Shown: positions 1 through 7,262 of the stretch, one piece after another
Layout of the letters: each line of letters begins with the position of its first letter
Position numbering within the stretch: the first letter of the stretch is position 1
DNA from: an uncultured Gemmatimonadaceae bacterium
GTDB taxonomy: Bacteria > Gemmatimonadota > Gemmatimonadetes > Gemmatimonadales > Gemmatimonadaceae
Direction of reading: 5' to 3'
Assembly: GCA_963740355.1 (NCBI GenBank)
Contig: CAVUDW010000004.1
Coordinates: forward strand, 35,680 to 99,679
Length of the DNA: 64,000 nt
Notes under the pieces: generated by a model
The model's database searches: none
The model's input: only the letters and a program-made list of their open reading frames with translations
What the model was told of the DNA's origin: nothing
Made by a program: the position numbers and the translations under genes

Positions 1-1343
1 CCGGCTACGCACGGCAACTCGGGTTGTTCTCCGCCACCATGCTGGTGGTCGGCGGCATCATCGGTGCCGGCATCTTCCTCAATCCCGCGATCGTGGCACA
101 GCGAGTGGGCACCGGTGCGGCCACGATGGCCACCTGGGGACTTGGTGCGCTGATCGCCATCGTGGGTTCGTTCGTCTTCGCCGAGCTTGGCGCGCGCGCG
201 CCACGGGCCGGCGGTGGCTACGTGTACCTCCGCGACGCCTTCGGTCGCTTTCCGGCCTTTCTGTATGGCTGGGCGCTGTTCCTGATGATTTCGACCGGTG
301 CGATTGCGGCTGTTGCAATGACGTTCGCGAACTACGCCATGGCGTTCGCGGGGATTGGCAGCACCTGGGCGACGCCGATTGCCGTCACAGCGATCATCGC
401 GCTCACACTCGTCAACATCGTTGGCGTCGCCCCCGGTGCCATCACGCAGAATGTGGCGACGGTGTTGAAACTGGCCGCGATCGTGTTCCTCGTCGTCGTG
501 GCCTTCATCGCGCCTGACGCAGCGACGCAATCCGTCGCCGCAGCCGCAGCGCCGCCGCTGGTCGTGCCGTCCGGTGCCCTGCAGTGGATCCTGGCCGTCG
601 GCGCGGCCCTCGTGCCGGTGCTCTTCGCGTTTGGTGGGTGGCAGCAGACCAACTTCATCGCCGAAGAACTGCGCGACGCGAAACGTGACCTGCCACGCGC
701 GCTGATTCTCGGTGTGCTGATCGTCGTGGCTGCCTACCTGCTGGTGAATCTCTCCTACCTTCGCGCGCTCGGTGTCGCGGGGCTCGCGGCCAGTCATGCG
801 CCAGCGGCCGAAACCGTCGGCGCCTACCTCGGTAACCGAGGTCGGGCGGTGATCGGTGCTGGAATCATGATCTCCACGTTCGGCTTTCTAAACCTCGTGA
901 TTCTCGTCACGCCGCGCGTCTACCAGGCGATGGCAGCCGATGGTGTGTTCTTCGCGCAGATGGCCAAGGTCGACCCTCGCACGCGTACGCCCATCGCGGC
1001 GCTTGTCGGACAGGCCGTGTGGGCGATCGTGCTCCTGTTCTCGGGCAGCTATGGCCAACTGCTCGACTATGTGGTGTTTGCAGACTGGGTGTTCTTCGGT
1101 GCGACTGCGGCGGCACTGTTCGTCTACCGCGCTCGCGAGGCGCGTGGCGAAATTCCGCGTGTCGACGTGCGCGCGATCGGCCACCCGGTGACGACCGCGC
1201 TGTTCCTGCTGGCGGCCGGATACGTCATCATCGGCTCGATCATCTCGAATCCAGTGAATGCCCTCAAGGGCAGCTTGCTGCTGGCGCTGGGATGGCCTGC
1301 ATATCTCTGGTGGCGTCGGCGTGCCTCGATCACGAGTGCCTGA
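1..1343 (+). CDS. APC-family amino acid permease (5' end probably upstream of window)
   Basis: About 12 hydrophobic segments; GGIIGAGIF, AELG..P.AGG.Y.Y and FAFGGW motifs; frame is open back to the window edge (GYARQLGLFSATML). Confidence 0.9.
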   Translation, partial: GYARQLGLFSATMLVVGGIIGAGIFLNPAIVAQRVGTGAATMATWGLGALIAIVGSFVFAELGARAPRAGGGYVYLRDAFGRFPAFLYGWALFLMISTGAIAAVAMTFANYAMAFAGIGSTWATPIAVTAIIALTLVNIVGVAPGAITQNVATVLKLAAIVFLVVVAFIAPDAATQSVAAAAAPPLVVPSGALQWILAVGAALVPVLFAFGGWQQTNFIAEELRDAKRDLPRALILGVLIVVAAYLLVNLSYLRALGVAGLAASHAPAAETVGAYLGNRGRAVIGAGIMISTFGFLNLVILVTPRVYQAMAADGVFFAQMAKVDPRTRTPIAALVGQAVWAIVLLFSGSYGQLLDYVVFADWVFFGATAAALFVYRAREARGEIPRVDVRAIGHPVTTALFLLAAGYVIIGSIISNPVNALKGSLLLALGWPAYLWWRRRASITSA

Positions 1344-1355
1344 CTGGAAACAGCA

Positions 1356-1385
1356 AAGGGAGCGCCTGATGACTGGCGCTCCCTT
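1356..1385. terminator. Intrinsic terminator hairpin between convergent genes
   Basis: AAGGGAGCGCC-N8-GGCGCTCCCTT perfect inverted repeat; A-rich 5' flank gives a U-rich tail on the minus strand. Confidence 0.7.
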
Positions 1386-1392
1386 CGACTTC

Positions 1393-1436
1393 TCGCTTCA
1401 GATCACTTCACATCGCTTCAGATCACTTCACATCGC
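1393..1436. repeat. Short tandem repeat, 20-bp unit TCGCTTCAGATCACTTCACA x2 (10-bp sub-periodicity)
   Basis: Read directly: tcgcttca gatcacttca catcgcttca gatcacttca catcgc. Confidence 0.85.
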
Positions 1437-1446
1437 GTCCTGAATC

Positions 1447-2184
1447 CTAGAGGTGCAGCCCGATCGAGAAGCTGAAGTATTCGACGTCATTGAAGAAGTG
1501 AAAACGTCCTTCGGCGAACGGCTTGAAGCGCGTGTTCCGGAAGTTGAAACCAAGTCCGAGGTTCTGGCCGAAGTCGGTCTGGCTTTCATCCGTGGCTGGC
1601 TCGGGCAACGACTGGCGCTGGCGATACAGGCCGATGCCGCCGGTGGCGAAGAACGGCGACTTGCCGCCATTGCCAGACGGGAAATCATAGACCGCTGCGC
1701 CCGTCAGCTGAATGAGGCTGAACGAAGGCGTCACCAGCTCGTTCTTACCGCCGAAGCGTGCGTATTGCAGGTCGCCGCGCAGGCCGACTGGAAACCCTGC
1801 TGGCCGGCCTTCGAGAAATGCGCCGCCATTGAAGCCAACACTGAAGGCCTTGCCCAGTGAGCTCATTGGTGCGGCCACACCACCAACGATGCCGAAGCGT
1901 GCCTTGTCACCCGTGGGATCGGCCTTCGGTGCGCGCTCTTCGACGGGTGCGGCCTTGGCTGGTGCGGGCGTTGGCGTCGGTGCCGGTGCGGGCGTCGCCG
2001 CAGGCGTTGGCGCTGGCGTGCTTGCGGCCGGACGTGTCGTGGCCGTCGTCGGTGCTGGCGCGGTCGCGCGACCACTCACTGACGTCGCCGGCGTCGACTT
2101 CTTCTGTTGTGCATTCGCTCCTGCCGCAATCACGAATGACAGCGCGGACAGCGTGAGCGTCGGCAGTACGAAACGGTTCTTCAA
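1447..2184 (-). CDS. Outer-membrane beta-barrel protein (OmpA-like transmembrane type) with Pro/Ala/Thr-rich N-terminal linker
   Basis: Signal peptide ending ANA; PAPA low-complexity tract; alternating beta-strand pattern and C-terminal FSFSIGLHL; TTG start with GAAGGAGA RBS. Confidence 0.75.
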   Translation of the reverse strand: MKNRFVLPTLTLSALSFVIAAGANAQQKKSTPATSVSGRATAPAPTTATTRPAASTPAPTPAATPAPAPTPTPAPAKAAPVEERAPKADPTGDKARFGIVGGVAAPMSSLGKAFSVGFNGGAFLEGRPAGFPVGLRGDLQYARFGGKNELVTPSFSLIQLTGAAVYDFPSGNGGKSPFFATGGIGLYRQRQSLPEPATDESQTDFGQNLGLGFNFRNTRFKPFAEGRFHFFNDVEYFSFSIGLHL

Positions 2185-2257
2185 CTTGCTTCTCCTTCAG
2201 ACGTAGTAGGTGCGTTGAACGCCGGCTGATGCGACAGTCCTGCGATGCGATGGCAAC

Positions 2258-2272
2258 GCAAACTCCGCGCCG
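2258..2272 (-). promoter_or_regulatory. Putative sigma-54 -24/-12 promoter of the beta-barrel gene
   Basis: Minus strand CGGCGCGGAGTTTGC vs consensus TGGCACGNNNNTTGC, exact GG-N10-GC spacing, ~75 bp upstream of start. Confidence 0.55.
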
Positions 2273-2349
2273 AGCGGTACACGACACGATCCGAAGAAAA
2301 GGACGAGTGACGCGAGCGGGCGTAACTCGTCAAGAACGAAGCAACGTGC

Positions 2350-3213
2350 TCAGCGCGCGCCGTGCAGCATGGCGCCAAGTGCGGTGCCATAGCCCGCATT
2401 CTGGGGGAGAATCAGCTGCATGCCGTAGTACACGCCGACCTGCTCGAGCACGCGTCGGAAGCTTGGCATGTCGGCCATGTGCCCGATCACGACCACCTGC
2501 TCGACACGCTCGGCGCGAGCCGCATTGATCGCCGTGATGGCAATCACCTGGCCGATCAGCGTCAACAGGGCGGCAGCCAGGTCATCAGGCTGCGACAACT
2601 GTTCCTGGCGTGCAAGTCGCCCGAAGTTCACCGCCGTGGCATCCGGCGGGAGCGATCCGATCGGACCGCTGACGACGTCACGCAGGGCGAGGTCCACCGA
2701 GTTGGTGTCGCCGCGCAGCGCCATTGCATCGATCGCGGTGACATCGGTTGTACCGAGCAGCAAGCGACTCAGTCCGAGCAGCGTGCCACCGCCAACACCG
2801 GTGCCCGTGACATGGGCGTACGACGACCCGCGTGCCGACACCACGGCGGTGCCTGATCCGGCGCTGACCACGAGGATCGGGGTGCTGGGATCTGCATCCT
2901 CCGACAGCGCGAGCGCCTGCCCACCGCGTCCGATCGCCGTGACTTCCGGCACACCGACGACGGTGCACGCACCGAGCGACGCCGGCAGCGTCTTGTGTCG
3001 TCCCCCGGTTACCGCGATGTGCGGCAGCGCAGCGAGATCGACACCGCCGAATGCGAGCACCTCGCGCACGACGTCGTGATCAGGCGCGGCGTAGGATGGG
3101 CGAGTCCAGAACTGCAGTGTCCCGTCGACGCGTGCGACGGCGTCGGTGTTGCTGATGCCGAAGTCGATGGCCGCCTGTGGTGCATGCGTTTGCTGCCCGG
3201 AAGTCTTCATCAC
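2350..3213 (-). CDS. Type II (fumble/CoaW-like) pantothenate kinase
   Basis: ASKHA motifs IDFGISNT, VPE..AIGRG, VSAGSGT, GTGVGGGTLLGL, VDL..DV, TAVNFG. Confidence 0.8.
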   Translation of the reverse strand: MMKTSGQQTHAPQAAIDFGISNTDAVARVDGTLQFWTRPSYAAPDHDVVREVLAFGGVDLAALPHIAVTGGRHKTLPASLGACTVVGVPEVTAIGRGGQALALSEDADPSTPILVVSAGSGTAVVSARGSSYAHVTGTGVGGGTLLGLSRLLLGTTDVTAIDAMALRGDTNSVDLALRDVVSGPIGSLPPDATAVNFGRLARQEQLSQPDDLAAALLTLIGQVIAITAINAARAERVEQVVVIGHMADMPSFRRVLEQVGVYYGMQLILPQNAGYGTALGAMLHGAR

Positions 3214-4754
3214 CGTGCCGCACCCGCACGACGAATCACGATACCGGGAACCGCACCTGTCGTCTTGCCGTCGCGCCAGACCGCGCGACCGTTGACCCAG
3301 ACGCCTTTGATTCCTTCCGACACGCGATGCGGCTCGGTGGGCGTCGCACGATCGGTGACGGTTTGCGGATCGAACAGGACGAGATCAGCAAACGCGCCCG
3401 GCGCGAGCGTGCCGCGCCGTGTCATGCCCATGTGGGCGGCGGCGAGTGCCGTCATGCGGTGTATGGCCTGCTCGAGCGTCATCACCTTTTGCCCGCGAAC
3501 ATATTCGCCGAGGACGCGAGGAAAGGCGCCGTACCCGCGCGGGTGCGAGCCGTTCATCGCACCATCGGAACTGACGTTGGTATGCGCCCATGCGAGCAAT
3601 TTCCCGATGTCAGGTTCCGACATGCTGGTCGCGTCGACGCTCTCCGCACCGTCGTCGCTGGTCGGGTTCGCGCGTTCCCACGCCTGTGCCTCTGCAATCA
3701 GGGCCATCAGCGTGGACGCCGGATCCTCGTGTCGCAGCGCGGACAGTTGTGCGACTGTTTGGCCCGCGTACGATGGATTCGCCGCGAACGACCCGATGCG
3801 CAGCCCCTCCGGCTTGGCAATCTCGCGCAGGATCTTCTCTGCCTCCGCGCGGTTGCTGAAATCCCGCCGTGGGAAGAGCACAGTCAGTGTCGAGTGCCAG
3901 AAGGTGTAGGGATAGACATCGGCAGTGATGTCGACTCCGCTGGCGCGTGCGGCGTCGAGCAGCGTGATGAGGCTGTCAGTGCGCCCCCAGAGCGGGACCA
4001 TGGCGAGCTTCAGGTGACTGATCTGCACGGGCATCTTCGTGGCGCGGCCGATCGCGATGATCTCATCGATCGCTGGCCAGAAATCGCGGTCCTCGCTCCG
4101 GATGTGACTGATGTAGCGGCCTCCCGAGTCGGCGGCTGCGCGCGCCAGCGTCAGGACCTCACTTCGGTCCGAGTAGATGCCGGGATCGTATTCGAGACCG
4201 GTGGAGAGACCGAGCGCACCAGCACCCATCTCGGCGCGGAGCAGGGTCGTCATGGAGTCGACTTCAGCCGGCGTGGCGCGGCGCTTGAAGTCCTTGCCGA
4301 GCACGGCGTCCCGAATCGTGCCGTGTCCCACATAGAAGGCGACGTTCACGGCGCTGGGCGTAGTGCGCAGCGCGTCCATCGCGCCCTTGAGCGGCATTGG
4401 AGAACTGCCGTCCTGGCCTGCCACGATGGTGGTGATGCCCTGGCTGACCACCGGCCGCGCATCGGGCGTGGTGCGCAGGCCGGATGCATGGTGGCTGTGG
4501 GTATCGATGAATCCTGGCGCCATCACCAAACCATTTCCATCGACCACTGTGTCGCCGGGCACCGAGTGGACCTCCCCGACGGCCACGATCGTGTCGGCAA
4601 CGATGCGCAGGTTGCCGCGTCGCGCCGGGGCGCCGGTGCCGTCGATGATCTGGACGTTCGTGAAGGTGGTGCCCGTCGGGACATCGAGTCGGGGGCCGCC
4701 GCAGCTGATCGCTGCGACAAGCAGGGTGGGGGCTAACAGGCGGGGCAGGCGCAT
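3210..4754 (-). CDS. N-acyl-D-amino-acid deacylase (D-aminoacylase), probable lipoprotein
   Basis: PGFIDTHSH, GLSTGLEY.PG, SHIRSE, ISHLK, HPRGYGAFPRVLG motifs; lipobox-like LVAAISC after ATG at 4754. Confidence 0.88.
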   Translation of the reverse strand: MRLPRLLAPTLLVAAISCGGPRLDVPTGTTFTNVQIIDGTGAPARRGNLRIVADTIVAVGEVHSVPGDTVVDGNGLVMAPGFIDTHSHHASGLRTTPDARPVVSQGITTIVAGQDGSSPMPLKGAMDALRTTPSAVNVAFYVGHGTIRDAVLGKDFKRRATPAEVDSMTTLLRAEMGAGALGLSTGLEYDPGIYSDRSEVLTLARAAADSGGRYISHIRSEDRDFWPAIDEIIAIGRATKMPVQISHLKLAMVPLWGRTDSLITLLDAARASGVDITADVYPYTFWHSTLTVLFPRRDFSNRAEAEKILREIAKPEGLRIGSFAANPSYAGQTVAQLSALRHEDPASTLMALIAEAQAWERANPTSDDGAESVDATSMSEPDIGKLLAWAHTNVSSDGAMNGSHPRGYGAFPRVLGEYVRGQKVMTLEQAIHRMTALAAAHMGMTRRGTLAPGAFADLVLFDPQTVTDRATPTEPHRVSEGIKGVWVNGRAVWRDGKTTGAVPGIVIRRAGAAR

Positions 4755-4807
4755 GGCGGCCAACTTGGGCCGCGGGCGGCGCCTGAGCAATTGCTACCCC
4801 TCAGCCA

Positions 4808-4836
4808 TTGACCGCCAGCGCACGCGCCTCTAGGTT
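4808..4836 (+). promoter_or_regulatory. Sigma-70 promoter of infC-rpmI-rplT
   Basis: TTGACC-17 bp-TAGGTT. Confidence 0.7.
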
Positions 4837-4842
4837 GTCAAT

Positions 4843-5008
4843 GTCAGAACTCGGCAAGTGACTCCCGCGGCAGTGGGGGTCCACCCTTCGGCCCTCGCTT
4901 CGCGAGGTGTGCTGCTGGAGTCCAATGCAACGGGCACACCCCCTTGGGTGGGCCTCGCGGCGTGGTCTTCATCCCCGAAGATCCCGCCGTTTTTGTTTTC
5001 CCGTTTTC
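4843..5008 (+). promoter_or_regulatory. Structured 5' leader with terminator-like hairpin (candidate L20-type attenuator)
   Basis: GGTCCACCC(4878-86)/GGGTGGGCC(4946-54) pairing with inner helices; hairpin 4958-4989 followed by TTTTTGTTTT. Confidence 0.55.
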
Positions 5009-5021
5009 CGGAGCTCGTCCT

Positions 5022-5537
5022 ATTCAGGATCCGACCAAGCGAGTACGCGTCAACCGGCAGATTCGCATCTCGCCAGTTCGCGTCATCGCCCCAGACGGCG
5101 CCCAGCTGGGCATCATGGAAGTCGATGCTGCGCTGGCTTCAGCAGTCGAACAGGGCCTCGATCTGGTCGAGGTGGCTCCACTCGCACGGCCGCCCGTGGT
5201 CCGCATCATGGACTACGGCAAGTACAAGTTCGAGATGGCCAAGCAGGCACGCGTTGCAAAGAAGAAGCAGCACGTGATCCTGTTGAAGGAAGTGAAATAC
5301 CGACCGGGGATCGAGGAGCACGACTTCGAGACGAAGACGCGCCACGCTCGCCGGTTCCTTGAAGAAGGCAACAAGGTGAAGGTCACGCTGATGTTCCGTG
5401 GCCGACAGATCGCCCACCCGGAATTGGGGAAGGCAGTCGTCGACCGGGTCGCCCAGCAACTCACTGACATTGCCAAGGTCGAGACGGACGCCAAGCTGGA
5501 AGGCAAGGCGCTGACCATGATCCTGGCGCCACGATAG
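5022..5537 (+). CDS. infC: Translation initiation factor IF-3 (ATT start)
   Basis: [44 protein letters not shown] motifs; in-frame ATT at 5022 with GGAG RBS upstream. Confidence 0.95.
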   Translation: MQDPTKRVRVNRQIRISPVRVIAPDGAQLGIMEVDAALASAVEQGLDLVEVAPLARPPVVRIMDYGKYKFEMAKQARVAKKKQHVILLKEVKYRPGIEEHDFETKTRHARRFLEEGNKVKVTLMFRGRQIAHPELGKAVVDRVAQQLTDIAKVETDAKLEGKALTMILAPR

Positions 5538-5553
5538 GCACGAAGGGAGACCC

Positions 5554-5751
5554 ATGCCGAAGATGAAGACCCACACCGGCGCCGCGAAGCGCTTTTCCGT
5601 CACGGGGACGGGGAAGGTGAAGCGCCGGAAGGCTTACAAGAGCCATATCCTGACCAAGAAGTCCCAGAAGCGGAAGCGTAATCTCCGCAAGGGAACGACC
5701 ATCGAAACCATCGGGGAGGCGAAGCGCATGCGTCGTCTCATCCAGGCCTAA
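5554..5751 (+). CDS. rpmI: 50S ribosomal protein L35
   Basis: [14 protein letters not shown]...HILTKK; position in the infC operon. Confidence 0.97.
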   Translation: MPKMKTHTGAAKRFSVTGTGKVKRRKAYKSHILTKKSQKRKRNLRKGTTIETIGEAKRMRRLIQA

Positions 5752-5763
5752 GGAGGAACCGAG

Positions 5764-6126
5764 ATGCCTCGCGTACGCAGTAATCCGGTCCGCCTGAAGC
5801 GGAAGAAGCAGATCATGAAGGCCGCGCGCGGTGCTTTCGGCGCGCGCAGCAAGACGTGGAAGGCCGCCAAGGAAACGGTGGAACGTGGCTGGCGCTACGC
5901 CTACCGCGATCGCAAGAACAAGAAGCGCGAGTTCCGTCGCCTCTGGATCATGCGTATCAATGCCGCGGCTCGTCAGCACGACATGTCGTACAGCGTGTTC
6001 ATCAACGGCCTCGAGAAGTCTGGCATCGAAATCGATCGCAAGATCCTCGCTGAAATCGCCGTCAATGATCCGGCTGCGTTTGCCGTGATCGCCGAGCAGG
6101 TCCGCACCGCGCTCGCCGCGGCGTAA
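5764..6126 (+). CDS. rplT: 50S ribosomal protein L20
   Basis: YAYRDRKNKKREFRRLWIMRINAAAR, IDRKILAEIA. Confidence 0.97.
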   Translation: MPRVRSNPVRLKRKKQIMKAARGAFGARSKTWKAAKETVERGWRYAYRDRKNKKREFRRLWIMRINAAARQHDMSYSVFINGLEKSGIEIDRKILAEIAVNDPAAFAVIAEQVRTALAAA

Positions 6127-6173
6127 AGGTTGCCCCGGGTTTGCTCCCGGCGTCCTGATCCGCTCGCTTCGTG

Positions 6174-6217
6174 CGGCGGCAGTGTGACCTCGCGTCCACT
6201 GCCGCCGTTTGCGTTTT
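6174..6217 (+). terminator. Intrinsic terminator after rplT
   Basis: CGGCGGCAGTG...CACTGCCGCCG followed by TTTGCGTTTT. Confidence 0.7.
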
Positions 6218-6245
6218 CGCTCCCACCACTCCGACTCGTTCGCCG

Positions 6246-7262
6246 GTGACCACTCTCGCTGAATTCCTTTCGCGCGCTGACGCCATCGCGCGCGATGGCA
6301 CAGCGCTCATCCACGCCGCCACCAGCCGCGATGGCCTCGATGGCGCGCGTGTCGCACTCCTCGGCCGCAAGCAGGGGCAGCTGACGGCGTTGATGGCCCT
6401 GCTCACCGAGCTGCCGGCAGAGGACCGACGCGCTGCAGGTGCGGCGATCAATGCCACCAAGCAGACGCTCGAGCTCACGCTCACGTCGGCCGAGGCATCG
6501 CTCGGCCCCGCGCCGGATGCGTCGCGGCCATCCGACCTCACGATGCCGGGTCGCGACACGTGGAAGGGCGCTGTGCACCCTGTCTCGCTCGTGATCGATG
6601 AGATCTCGGAAATCTTCCGCGAGCTCGGCTTCACGATTGCCCTCGGGCCCGAAGCAGAGACCGAGTGGTACAACTTCGGCGCGCTCAACTTCCCGCCCGA
6701 TCATCCGGCGATGGAAGCGCACGACACGCTCTACCTCACCGACGACACGCTGCTGCGCACGCACACCTCGCCGGTGCAGGTGCGCACCCTGCAGACGTAC
6801 ACGCCTCCCGTGCGCATTCTTTGCCCGGGCAACGTGTATCGTCGTGACTTCTTCGATGCCACGCACGCGCCAAGCTTCATGCAGATCGAGGGACTGTGCA
6901 TCGATGAAGGCGTGAGCTTCGTGGACCTGAAGGCCACGCTGAGTGAGTTCGCACGACGCTTCTACTCAGGGTCGAGCAAGGTCCGCCTGCGCCCGAGTTT
7001 CTTCCCGTTCGTCGAACCCGGTGCCGAGATGGATGTCGAAGTCGATCTCAATGACGGCAAGGGGCCGCGTTGGGTGGAGATTCTCGGCTGTGGCATGGTT
7101 CACCCGAACGTGCTCGACGCTGCCGGGATCGACAGCGAGAAATACAGCGGATGGGCCTTCGGCATGGGTCCGGCGCGCATCGCGATGTCGCGGCACAAAC
7201 TGCCCGACATTCGCCTACTGTATGATTCCGACGTCCGCTTCCTGGAGCAGTTCGCCCGATGA
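6246..7262 (+). CDS. pheS: Phenylalanine--tRNA ligase alpha subunit
   Basis: NF.ALNFPPDHPA, LLRTHTSPVQ, FFPFVEP, GCGMVHPNV motifs; probable GTG start 6246. Confidence 0.96.
   Translation: MTTLAEFLSRADAIARDGTALIHAATSRDGLDGARVALLGRKQGQLTALMALLTELPAEDRRAAGAAINATKQTLELTLTSAEASLGPAPDASRPSDLTMPGRDTWKGAVHPVSLVIDEISEIFRELGFTIALGPEAETEWYNFGALNFPPDHPAMEAHDTLYLTDDTLLRTHTSPVQVRTLQTYTPPVRILCPGNVYRRDFFDATHAPSFMQIEGLCIDEGVSFVDLKATLSEFARRFYSGSSKVRLRPSFFPFVEPGAEMDVEVDLNDGKGPRWVEILGCGMVHPNVLDAAGIDSEKYSGWAFGMGPARIAMSRHKLPDIRLLYDSDVRFLEQFAR

Noticed and set aside
1393..1436. Possible mini-CRISPR array
   Set aside because: Repeats are contiguous without spacers, too short, and no cas genes are present.
6127..6245. 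Possible pheM-like Phe-rich leader peptide or T-box before pheS
   Set aside because: No short Phe-rich ORF or T-box consensus seen; only a simple terminator hairpin.
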